Part shown: piece after piece, positions 11,130 through 23,303 of the stretch
How positions within the stretch are numbered: position 1 is the stretch's first letter
Layout: each line of letters starts with the position of its first letter
Assembly (NCBI GenBank): GCA_030704615.1
Contig: CM060734.1
Coordinates: 50,096,001 to 50,160,000, forward strand
Direction of reading: 5' to 3'
Source of the DNA: Takakia lepidozioides
Lineage: Eukaryota; Plantae; Bryophyta
Length of the DNA: 64,000 nucleotides
Program-made: the position numbers and the translations under genes
Notes under the pieces: generated by a model
What the model saw: only the letters and a program-made list of their open reading frames with translations
What the model was told of the DNA's origin: nothing
The model's database searches: none

Positions 11130-14073
11130 ATGATCAAACTATTTAGTGTAAAGCAAAAGCAAAAGGAAGCGGCTGAGAGTGCCAATGGCCGGGCGCCCGT
11201 CAAGAAGCAAAGCGCCGGCGAGTTGCGAGTGCAGAAAGGTTTGTTCTTTTTTGTTAGCCCGTCTCCGACGCTTTGAACTTGTTTTCTTGTGTGGAGGCTG
11301 AACAGCGTTGAGATTTGTTTCGTGTACAATTTTAAGGATGTTGGGGTTTTCGGCAGATACTGCGTTTGCATTTGTCCGATATCTAGGGCTAGGTGTGGAG
11401 TTGGTATTGTTTCATCTATGTGTCGTCCGCCTCCTTGAATTATCACGTGGAATTGTCGCATTTGGCGTTTCCTTCTGGTAGTTTGTAGTTTCCGGATCGG
11501 AGCATAGTATGCCTGTTGCAGAGGTTGTGAAAGTTCCTTTTATGTTCAAACATACCTTGCTTTAGGACGGTATATCTTTCATTATCACCTTTTAATCCGC
11601 TTAAGGCGTTCTGATCAAAGGTTTTGGAATTATTGCTAGCTTGTAAAACTTGCAGTACCTTACCCTTTGTGTTCGAAGAGCCCCCGTCGTAGTTACGTTA
11701 TGTGTCTCTTTCTCTCTCTCTTTTTTTAGGGCTAGCTCGCAATCTTGCAGTATCTCACCCTTTTTCATGAAAGAGGTCTTATGTGTACATTCTTGTTGTG
11801 TTTGAGTCTGATTATTGTCGGTTTTGAATGCTACATCTTGGCTGAGTCTTCTCATGTTGACACAGAAACTCGGTTTGTCTCCACCCTTTGTATGGAACTG
11901 ATGCAGTGGGGAGTAGCAGCTTTTCACTGTTGTACTGGATGTAGTTGATTTGTGCTGTACCCTTGGATCGACTTAGTCTTTCAGTTTCATTCCTCTTATC
12001 TTCTTACCTCTAATCCCTTGATGTTTTGTCCTGGTGTCTTTGTTTCATGGGAAGTATTTGTGAAATGTTTGTGGGCGTGGCAGTGTTCAAGGTCAATTGA
12101 CAACTCTTTTTTCCATGCTAAGTAGGGTTGGTTTGCTTTCAACATGTTCCAATTTGGTTGTGGACGTCTTGGAAGTAATTACTCTGTCGGAGGGTCTTGC
12201 AGATATCAGTGAGTTGAATTTGGCCAAGACCACATCGATTTCCTTCCCCAATGGTAAAGACAACCTTCTCAGTTTCGAGATCACAATCCGACCTGATGAG
12301 GGCTATTATTTGTAAGTGAATTCTGTGTCCAAGCTCATTTTGAGTATGTACTAACGTGAAAATGTGAGATTCTACATGAGCAGGTTTGTTGAATGGCATT
12401 ATGCAGTTCTGTAATGGAGTCAGCTTTAACTTGGGGTGATCTACTTAGACTGGAATTTCCAGTTTCGAATTTAATAGTATGCATTGATGGGGAACTATGT
12501 GTGATGTCATATGCACTTCTTGTGGTCAGTTTTGGTGTATGTCAGGTCAACAGAAATCGAACTAAAATTCTCTTGGTGGGTAGAGGGAAAGAGAAGGCAT
12601 GGTGTATCCAACTGTTTGTTTGTTGATTTGTATGTATCCTGTGAATTGTATGGCAGAGGAGGAACTTTTGTGTTCAGTTTCCAGATCTCACAAGTGTACC
12701 CCCATGAGGCACCCAAGGTGAAATGTAAGACAAAGGTAAGCGCATTTTCCTGGAAGAGACCTATGTAAAGTTCTGTCTGTCCCCAGCAGGCCTTTCGGAG
12801 TTTTCTTTAGAGAAGCAATGATATTTACAGAATACTCAAAACTGCTTTTCAAAGTTGAAAGAATCTGAATCATTACACTTCAGTTCAATAGTAGGCAGAC
12901 TGCTTTGAAATGATGGAGACATGTTTTGACACCATATCTCAGTCTCATGGGTTACACCGTACCATGCATGTCAGGACACTAGTCTTCATGGGGTCATTGC
13001 CTGGGGTATTCATCACCAGGGTTTAGTCTGATTCTTCTGTAGTGCTCGTACACAATCCCAGGGTATACTAATTAAAGGCTCGAGCGAGAGGGAGGAAAGA
13101 AGCTGGAGAGTAAGCTGTATGTAATTCATGTGCAGGTTTATCACCCAAACATAGATCTGGAGGGCAATGTGTGTTTGAACATTCTTCGGGAGGACTGGAA
13201 TCCTGTGCTGAGTGTCAACTCGATCATCTATGGCCTTCAGTATCTTTTCCTGGTATATTTTGTCCCTCTCTTTTTTGTTGCCAGCCCTTCTCAGGTTCCT
13301 TAATTATTTATTTCAACTTGATTACTAGCAGTTTTTAAGCAGTTATGAAGTCTTGAGAGCCCTTAGGTGATGAATGCTGGTGCCTCTCATTTTGAATTTG
13401 GTAATAGGTAATGTGTCTCTGGCGTTGTTTTCCAGCACTGCATTATAATGATGTTTGGTGGTTGCTGAAGTAATTATTTGGATTGAATCATCATAAAGAC
13501 AGGGAAGACAGACAGTAGTTGTAACATTTGAATATTCTAATAGCTTCCACACCATCGTATCTCTAGAGCCCAATTATGAACTGTAACTGCATTGGCTATT
13601 GAAAGCTAAGATGTGGGAACATGTCAGGCAAGTGGGACATAGTCATGAGGTCCTGAAACCAGATCAAGTGCCCATTTTAGATCTATTTCTTCTGGTTTGT
13701 GGCATTATCCAAGGGACATGGCTCACTAATAGGTCCTTCCAGAAGCTTGGTCTGTAAGATGAATGGAACCAACCCCTTTCTCTCACTGCCTCCTCCCCCT
13801 TTCTGTTGCATCCATTCTGAGTGGGAAGGTTTTGGCTGTAATGCTACTGCAGTCAGTCATCATTTCATCCTTTCTCTTCCTTGTCTTCCCCTTCTGCCTC
13901 TTTCTTCAGACTCACTTTGGTTTTTACATGGGCAGGATCCTAATCCAGATGACCCGCTCAATCATGAGGCGGCTGAAGTGTTGAGAGACAACCCCAGGCA
14001 GTTTGAGACGAATGTGAGACGATCGATGTCAGGGGGCTATGTTGGAGGTAACCATTTTCCTAGATGCATTTGA
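11130..14073 (+). CDS. RCE1: RUB1/NEDD8-conjugating enzyme E2 (RCE1/UBC12), 183 aa, 5 coding exons
   Basis: Exons 11130-11238, 12203-12311, 12657-12735, 13136-13252 and 13936-14073 (all GT-AG; 552 nt). Reads [13 protein letters not shown]...[16 protein letters not shown]...[20 protein letters not shown] (catalytic Cys)...[13 protein letters not shown]. Confidence 0.96.
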
Positions 14074-17000
14074 TGCTTCTAGGGTTTGGTAACGGGAGGT
14101 CAAAAGGTAGATCGTTAGTTGGTAGTAATAAACTCAAGAGGCTTTTTCAGTGCAGTATAGACACCGCTCTTGTCATGTGCACAATTTCTGTCTATGCAAG
14201 TGGAAACAAGCCAATGTTACACAGCTATTATCTCTTTGGTGTGGGATGAAATTTGCCATTTAAAAAACAGATGACTTCTGTATAGAAGTGAAACATTCAT
14301 CAAAGTGTCTTCACGCCTGCCAGGAAGGTGTGTGTCCTTACTAACTTCCTTGATCCATAACGTGCCATGCGGTTGGTGAGGAGTAGGGAAGGGCCCCAGG
14401 TTAGGTTCCGTGCATGTGAGGTGGTAGATTTCAGCAAGTGAATCTATTATTCCCTTCTGAAATTGCTGCTGGGTGCACTCATCTGGCCAGTGCATTTCTC
14501 TTTCAATTGTGAATCATGTGCAATGTTAGCAGTGCTTGGGACTTGGCAGACATCAATTATGGTTTTGGCACAGGCTGAATAAGCTAGAGCTAGATAAGCT
14601 GGGATTTTCTTTGGTAGCCGATACTGTTGTTCATAGCTTATTTGTTGATTTCGATCAAGCTAGCATCGGATAACTTAACTGATGATCATACATGTAGCCT
14701 GAGCAGAAGGGTTGAGGAACCTTCCAATGTCACAGCAATTGTTACCGACTGACATGTGGTGATTCTGCATTAACAATTGAACAGACTTAAAAGTAAACGC
14801 CAGAGCAATTTAGAGCAAGAGGGCTTTCACTATTTTAGGGACCACCTTCACTTATCCCTTAATTGGCGTAAGGTGCTGGACTACAACCATAATTGTCAAT
14901 CTGGAATTCATTTAGATGGATCATAGATACGAGGATGTTCCTTGTGGAACGACCCTTGGTATTACCAGAAAGCTCAAACTATTTTGTTGGTAAAAGTAGG
15001 AGAGGAGAGATCTTACTTGGGTGGCTTTACTTTTGTCCTTTCTTCAGATCTGTCTAGTGTGCTGGTTGTTGTACAACACAACCTCATGGTAGGTAGTCTG
15101 TCACAAGCTTTAGTGATGCACATAACCCAGCCCAGTGGAAATATGTGGTTTAGACTCTCATCTGCCATACCTATTATGGAGTCTTTGTGGTGTTGTGCTG
15201 TGATTAGAATGTTTCGAGTCTCTTCAACAGCACGGACTTTCAAATAGAGCCCACCGCCGAAAGGGGGCAGTAGCCGCAAGGTGAAGTGGCTCTTTAGTTA
15301 CGCCGGCTTTGGCCGGAGTCATCTGTCTCTCTCTCTTTGTGGTGTTGGAAGTTTTATCTCTCTTATGTTCATCTGTCAAGCTTAAGGTGGCTTCAAGACA
15401 CAGGGGGTGCGCATGCGATTCTCTTCTCATGCATTGTCCTCACCAAAGTCAATTTATCAAAGTATATGTTTGTCAGGTTTTGCTTGCAAAATCAGTTGCA
15501 GTTCCAAGTTAAAAAAATTCACAAACATGGCAAGTTGACACTTCTCGTTCTCTTTTCTCCATGTGTACAAGGTACACATGAGAGTGTGAAGAAAGAAGGG
15601 AAGGTGGAGAACACCAAGATGCTAACATGGCTCTATAAGTGGGCGACCAAGCTCCTTCCTCTAGACATTGTTGAGTTTAGGTACTACGTGCTGGCAACCT
15701 GCATGGCTGCCCTCTGCGTCCACACTTGCGAGATCACTTTCGACAAGCTCCTCACCTGCATCAAACAAGCCGCGGCTTGGCGCCTCCAAGAGCGCGGTGA
15801 TGGGACCGACGACCGACAACCGCGAACTTAACTTCAACCTATTCATTTCCCTTACTTTATTCTATGAGGGACATGAACCATTTACCCTTTGTTTCCCTGT
15901 ACCCCTCATTTGACCTAATGTCAGCCCTCATGTCCCCTAGGACTTTAGCACGTGTGTATGCATCAGACTCCTATGACATCACACGTGCGTGAGACTCACG
16001 GCGGATCCGGCCCGGGCTGACCCTGTCCAGGAACGCCCCGGCCCCCGCCGGGCGATGCCCTGGCCCGGTCAGGGCATTCCTGCGGATTTTACTTGGGTGC
16101 AGTAAAAGCGAGGTAACACCCAAACCTAATGATTGAGGCGGCACTGCGTCCATTATGATGCCCTAATGGATGAAAAACAGTATCACGTCCATCCGCGCCT
16201 CATACAGGGTGGCTGGCGCCAGCAGGGCAGGCATTATTACCGGGCAGCCCTCGATGATGGCCTGCCGGGATTATTGTAGGCCCGGTTGAATACGAGAGAC
16301 CCGCTCCTCGCTTCTCATCCGTATGCCTACATCCATCCATCATCCGGGCCTACCGGGCCCAACGCCGGTCCCAGGACGTGGATGAACGTTGGATGTACAG
16401 ACCACATGCCAGCTGCCATAGCCGGTCACGAGCGCTTTTGACCCTCATCCACGGGTGTCGCACTCCCTCTTTATTCTCTTACTCTCGCGTACACGACTTA
16501 TATCACGCCACGTGGACAATCAGTCAGTGTCAGTGTAGCAGCGTTACGATGTGACAGGCGTCGCATGTGCATGGCTGCACTATACATGTGCATGACCAAC
16601 TGCCAGATGCACATGCACATCCCACATATGCAAAGGGGCGGAGGATGAGGGGCCCGCGCGCCGGCGGGTTTCCATCCATCATCCATCGCTTTGGCTTGGA
16701 TAACGGACGGCGTTAGTTAAGGTGTGGATGAAAGGTGGGGCAGAGAATGATTTGGCGGCATACATAGAGCTGCGCCATGTACGCACCCGCCATCGCTGCG
16801 AGCTCTTTCTGTCCCTGCCGTCCACGCTCCTCGTCTCCATTCAGCTTCAGATCTTTCTCGTACGTATCGCGGCCTCTCTACACCTTGATTGTGTGTCCAT
16901 TTGTGTTTGCATTGCAATCTGTTTTGTTTTCAATGCTGCATTCATGCTTCTTCCTCCCCTTATCTGCATAGTCGTCTGTTCGATGCATCCGAATCTGTGA

Positions 17001-17828
17001 TCTGAGTTATTTGGCATTCATATCGGACCTCGCGAGTGTTTTCTTCTTCTTCTTGTTTACATAGAATATTTTCCTGGCTTCTCTGCGTCTGCATTGTACT
17101 CTTGACGTGTACGAGAATCCATCTTTGTTTTTTTTGTTCTTTTGCATCTGTATTGGCATTCCCCTGCATCTTCGTTTGCTTCTGGTTTCACGGGATCTTC
17201 AAATTTTCATTTACGCTGGCCTGCAATCGCGTGCTTTTTCTGTTTGAAAAGATTCGACGGTAAGAAGATCTCACTGTGAGGCTATATATCTTTCTCTCGT
17301 GTCGGCGGATTTCCTTCTTTTCTGTGTCTTCCAAGCTGCATGGGAGTGTTACCAGCAGGGCTAGGTGCTTTCCGATGCGTGACGCGCTTAAGGTGTTCCT
17401 CACCTGATCCCTCTTCGGGTATTTGCAGCTGTATTGAACTGTCTTTGCAACTTCATTACAGTATTACATTGTCTGACATGCTCGAGTAAAATGAAGACAC
17501 GCTAGCCGCATTCGCTCATTTGTACTCTTATCATACTGCATCCCACCGCTCCTTCGCCATCTGTTCTTGTTTGCCCGCCTCCTAAGCCTTGGTTATGTGT
17601 GTGGAGAGTACTTGAAATTTGTTGTTCCTTGAGATTCGTTTCATACTTCAGTTCGTCTTACCTATGACTTTATTTTTACACTTATTCTAAGACTGCGGGC
17701 CTCCTAATGTACTGATTCCCTGATCTTGTCCGCAATGTGTAGCACCTCATCATCTGCCTGAAATCCTCTTTGGCCGAGTGCAGTAGCTGCATCAAAGGAC
17801 AGCTCCACGGACCCCAAGGGAAGGGGTC

Positions 17829-18650
17829 ATGGCGAGTGTGATCGGGAATCACAGAGGATCTGTACAGAATGCCATGGGTACATTCGTATGCTTTGCGATA
17901 CTTATCATTTCCAGGAGTTCTCTAGTGCTGGCGCAGGAGACATACCAGGTGAAAGCTGCAGCGCCAGTCGCGGTACCGGTACCGGCACCGGCTCCGGCGC
18001 CATATCATAAGCCGACATTGCATGAGTTGGTGGTAGGTGCTTTGCGGGCAGCAGGACACTATGGGGCAATCTCTGGAGTGATAGACAGTCTCAATGGATC
18101 TATGATCCGTCAGGGTATCACCCTCTTTGCTCCCAACGATCAGGCGCTTAATGGAGTGCCTTTGAACTCATCAAGTGCATTGGAGGATTTGATGAACTTC
18201 CACATAGTCACACAGGACCTTCCGTTCTCAAATCTTTTGAGGTTGAATGTGGGGAGCAGGCTGCCCACAGCCGCGAGTGGCATTAGCATCTTGGTGACAA
18301 GTACCGCCTCGGACAACTATGAGGTGGACAATGCCGTGGTGACGGCTCCTGATCTCTACACAGATGCTAACGTTGCTGTGCATGGCATCAATGCAGTACT
18401 GGACACCGCTGCCTACAATAAGGGAGCTGTAGCTCCGGGGTTAGCCCCTCTTTCCTCTCCGCCGGTACTGGTCCCCGCTGCAGCAGCCACCACACCTGTT
18501 GGATCCCCTGTAAAAGCGCCTAGTGTAGCGACGAAAGCACCAAGCCCCAATGGATCCGGCGCGACATCATCTTGCTCTCCTCTTCCCTTTATCATGTTGG
18601 GAATCATCGCAATCGTGTCTCTGGTGTTAGTATCTCCACTACAGCTCTAA
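17829..18650 (+). CDS. Fasciclin-like arabinogalactan protein (single FAS1 domain, signal peptide, probable GPI anchor)
   Basis: Hydrophobic N-terminus (the second Met, MGTFVCF, may be the start) and AP/PA-rich AGP segments. FAS1 motifs 'ITLFAPNDQA', 'MNFHIV' and 'VAVHGINAVL'; hydrophobic C-terminal tail. Confidence 0.92.
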   Translation: MASVIGNHRGSVQNAMGTFVCFAILIISRSSLVLAQETYQVKAAAPVAVPVPAPAPAPYHKPTLHELVVGALRAAGHYGAISGVIDSLNGSMIRQGITLFAPNDQALNGVPLNSSSALEDLMNFHIVTQDLPFSNLLRLNVGSRLPTAASGISILVTSTASDNYEVDNAVVTAPDLYTDANVAVHGINAVLDTAAYNKGAVAPGLAPLSSPPVLVPAAAATTPVGSPVKAPSVATKAPSPNGSGATSSCSPLPFIMLGIIAIVSLVLVSPLQL

Positions 18651-19928
18651 GAGTTTTAGACTTTTGCGTGTACAGCTATAGTAAGCTCGCCATTCATCGA
18701 GCTTGTTCTCATTGTTCCTGAGAATGGCCTCTCTCTACAAACATTACACGATTTGATTTACATGACTAAACCAATAACTGATCAGTGGCTTTGTCTATGC
18801 CATATTACAGCAGATCTTGGAAGTGCTTCCATATTGGTTTCTCAATTTTGAAACTGTTTGAAATTGAGTCATTTTTCTTGCAACATTGCCGGAGAGTACG
18901 TACAGCTAAGCTCCGTCTGGTTGATCTCAATATTGTTATCACTTCGTACTCAATCCGATTCCTGCGTTTGTTTCACGTTCTATGACTTGGGCGTGTTAAA
19001 GCCTTCCCCAAGTGCGGACTTATAGTCCTGGTAGAGCCAAGTTTCAACCATGACAGGCTGTTAGTCGAACTTCAGGCTCTAAGTAGGTGTCTCTGGAGTC
19101 TGGTGTCGGATTAACGTTGAAGGAAGCTCTGAGCCCCTGACAGACTTTTCCTGGAGGGAGGATCTGGCAGCTCCCAGCGGCGTTGATTTGAACTGTAGCA
19201 ACCCTAGTTCCTACGTACCGTTGGCGTTGGCCTAGGGTTGAGTACTTCTTACTCCGACGTTAAACTACGTCTGTCTCATGTTGGCAATGTTTGTCTCAGC
19301 ATCCAGCCATTCAAGGCCTCCAGCCTTTGAAGACATTCGTATTGTGTATTTCTCCATTCGACGACTCTCACATCTAGGTCCTCCGAGTGCAATCCAGAAA
19401 TAAGGCCAATGATAGGCGTGAATTCGTTCTTACTATTAAAGGACTTTGGGTTGTCAGAGAAGAACGAGGATTTCTTGCTCCCAATAAAGTTATCGGATAA
19501 GTCCCGCCCTCTTTGACCCTTTGATCCATCCCCACACGCGGCTTTGGTGGGGAGTTTGAGCCTATCCGTTAAGTCCAATAAAATGGGCATGACGGGGTAA
19601 ACTGGGATTCGAGTAAACTGGGCACGAGAGATGAACAAAGTGGCCTGACCTTGTGCCACTTGGAAGGTCAACATGATGCGAGCGCAGGCCCGCGCGGAGG
19701 AGGAGGATCAAACACGTTTGGGCTGTTTTTCTGCTAGTTTGAGTTTGGCCCCCTCTTTATCTCGCTTGTACTTTGTGGGCCCGCTTCCACCTGTTCACCC
19801 TAATTTTTGACCAAACTGGGCAAACTCACCATGCATCCCATGGACTTAACGCATAAACTTTAATATAGTAAAACAGAATGTATCGGCATTGCTGTATATG
19901 ACACTCACAATGACTCAATGGTTAAAGT

Positions 19929-20554
19929 AGGTGTTGGACTGGTATACCGATAAGAAACTGGTATCAATACTGGTATGTATACTGGTATGTATACTGGTAT
20001 GAAGTACCAGACCAGTCTGGTATCGCCTCATGCCACTACCTAGCATATACCCGTCTTGGCCTGGTATGTGCTTCCTAATACTGTGGACGATACCCTACCG
20101 GTCTTGGTAGGTGGTTGAAAATCTGGTACTTGATGCCAGTACCAAGTCCATTTTTGTCATGAAGACCTAGGTATCAATATTGACGGCGCAGTATGCACTA
20201 TGCTTAATATGGATGCAGCTTTCAATAAGCATCAGGCCGAAAGATGAAATATGTGAAGCTGGATATTTTGAGGAATAATATCAATGAGAAGCATGCTTGT
20301 ACACATTTATATGAGAAGTGGGAGTTTTTTTTATACCAGACCAGTATTGATAATTACCCTGGTATCGATTTATAAGAACTTTTGCTATTGATACCCGTAA
20401 AACACCACACTAATCATGTATTATTGATACCACCATGGTATCAAAATCTTAGATTTTTGCCAATACCAATATCTCCCTGGTATCACAATTGGCCGGAGGC
20501 CTATATACCAATACCAGTCTGGTGTGTTCAAAATACGATACCAGTCCAACACTG
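19929..20554. mobile_element. hAT-type MITE (same family as 56340-62538, opposite orientation, older)
   Basis: Right TIR GATACCAGTCCAACACTG ends at 20554 and is followed by GTTGAGAC. The degenerate left TIR AGGTGTTGGACTGGTATA is preceded by GTTAAAGT. Many CTGGTAT/ATACCAG subterminal repeats. Confidence 0.8.
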
Positions 20555-23303
20555 GTTGAGACCCTGATATGTAGGAGGAGAAGTAGAGGACAAGTTTTCA
20601 AGGTGATTTTCTCTTCTTCAATACTTGTAATATAGCCTCTATGTGTATTGATTGGTGAGGTAGGTAGTTATTAGCTATCTTATATATTTAATGGTGCAGT
20701 TATTGACAGTGGCATGAAACTGCACACCGCCCCAACGGGCCTGTTGTGACGAAAGCCTCTCATTTTACAATAATTGGGACGTAATGGCGCACGCGCGAGC
20801 TGACCGGTGGGCCCCGCGCACGGACACCCGGCTCCCCCCCCCCCCCCCCCCCCCCCCGCCCGCCGCTGTGCGCGGTCGCCCAGCCGCGCCCGCCAGTCTG
20901 CTGTCCGTGAGTCCAGTTCCCCTCAGTCCGCCACACACCGCCAGTCCGCTGTGCCAGTCCCCGCCAGTCCACCCAACAGTCCGCTGTACCCGTCTTCTGC
21001 CCCCCAGTCTGCCCGTCTGCCAGTCTGCGCCGGCCAAAAGATCTGGATCGTCCATTCTAAGAAACCCATCCGCGCCATCCATGTTTGGGGCATGGAAAAT
21101 CGCAACATCCTGCCACGAACTTGGCCACTCGTTCTTGTCTCATTCTTGCGGCTCTTTGTTGTCCAATGTTGCGGAGCCGACTTTGCACGCACGCGGCTGT
21201 TCTTCTTGTTTAGGGCGATTTTAATGATGATGAAGGGTATGCCTGAACATGAGAGGGCTGGCAGGGCTCTACAGCCACCATCATGCATATGATTCCACTA
21301 TTTTTGCCTTCGTTTTGTGCTGACGTGGTTATTTCTTAGGACGATATGTGGAAAAATTGCATGCGTTTACAGTTTGTGGTGTGTGCCCGAGTCCGAGCTC
21401 CTTCGTATGGAGCAGGAAACCATTGGTAACATGATATCGGAAATCGCGGAAGCATATGCACGTGGGTACATTGAGGCGTGTATACATTGCAGAATTTATG
21501 TCCACCAATGAGACTGTTCAGGGGAGGACGTCTCTGCCACCATATGTCTGGGAACTGCGGAGAGTGTGAACGGAACAGGATCCAGTCCGAAGGTCCTCAA
21601 ACAGCCAAATGCACCTCCTGAATCATCATATCTCAACCACTACCATCTCCTTGCAAATTGGACAATGGGAAAGGAGACGTAGCCTGAGAGATGTGGATTC
21701 ACGTTGCTTGTGGATGTTCGAGGTCATTACGACTGCAATGCGTGTGGATCAACGGGCTCTTCGACTGCGTCTTTGTCACTACTTTCTCTAAGCAGTGTGT
21801 TGTGCCATGAGTATGGGCATATGTAAGTCTGCTAGACGGATGAAATACAACCACGGCATGACGGCGACACCAAGCGTGGTTCTGATGGGATATTAGTCTG
21901 GTCTGCTGGACTGTTGGTCTGTAGGGATACTAGTCTGGAGTGGCGCAAGTCTGTTCTTCAGTGGACTACTGGGCCGTCACTGCCTGCCGAATTCCGAAGT
22001 CTATTCTCTCGTCTTATCCCCGAAGTCTCTTCTCTCATCAGTCTGTTGAACCGTCGGTTAGCTGGAAGTCCGTCTCTTCGGATATGAGTCCGTTAAACTA
22101 CTACTTTTTAATTATCCGCATTGTCGTAAATCTGCTGAGCCGTCGGACTGCTGGTCTGTCGGTTTCTTCTGATATCAGTCAGCTAGACTGTCACGAAGTC
22201 AGTCTGTTGTAGCGCAAGTCTGTTTGCGCTGGGTCTGTTGAGCCGTCATTATGATCACGTGTAATTCTGCTGGACCTATTAATGCAACGACGGCGGGAAG
22301 GGGCGCCAGTGATATCGCGCTGCGTCTGAACTCGAACAGAAAGTGCGGTTTACGGTTCAGCCTCTACTCCCGTATCACCTGGCCGCCTAGGGGATACTTT
22401 GTCTTTTGGGATATTAGTCTGTTAGAAAATAGTCTGTTGTTGCGCAAATTACTCTTCGTCAGTCTGTTGAACCTTCCGTCTGCTGGACTGTCCGTGCAGT
22501 GGCATATGAGTCTGTTGTTGCGCAGGTTTGTTTGCAGTGGGTCTGTTCGGCCGTTTTGTTCAGGTGTAAGTCTGCTGGACGCAATAAATGCAGTGATGGC
22601 GGTAAAGAGGCCCAGTCATGTCGTGCCACATCATCAGTCTCCACACCAGACTCCGCACTCACCTCAGTCTCTTCGTCAGTCCGCTTAACCTCAGTCGTCA
22701 GTCTGTCCTTGCGGTGGCATATGAGTCTGTTGTCGAGGGTACTGGGTCTGCTCGGCCATCTTTGTCACCCAGAGTAAGTCTGCTGGACTTAATGAATGCG
22801 GCGACGGCAGACTGACGAGAGTCCCATTTATCCTATCTGCCTCAGTCTCTTCTTCAGTCTGTTGACCGTTCTGTTTGCTGGACTGTCCGTGCAGTCGCAT
22901 ACGAGTCTATCCGTGCAGTCTGTCCGTGCAGTGGCTACCGTCAGCACGTGTGAGAGGTCTGCAACTATTTAATGCGATGGCGGCAAAAAAGGGGCGCCAG
23001 TGAAATGTGGCCATGTCACTCCGCGGCCTGCGTCGGCATGTATGTTTATACATGTTCTCCGCTTACCGCTGGACTTCTTTCGCACTGTTTCGTTTTAGGC
23101 CCGTCCACCTCCCATTTGCGCGAGCCCACTTTCCTTTGTGCGTGTTAGCTTTTCGAGGCGCGGAGAGTCACGTGAGCACCGAATCGTCGCAACAACCGTC
23201 ACCTCCGCAACACGCCCGGTGAGCTTTCTTTGTGCTTTGGTTTCTTTCCATTCTTTTTTCCGGTCTTCTCTGTTTTCTTATTCTAAGTCGCTCCATATCG
23301 TAG

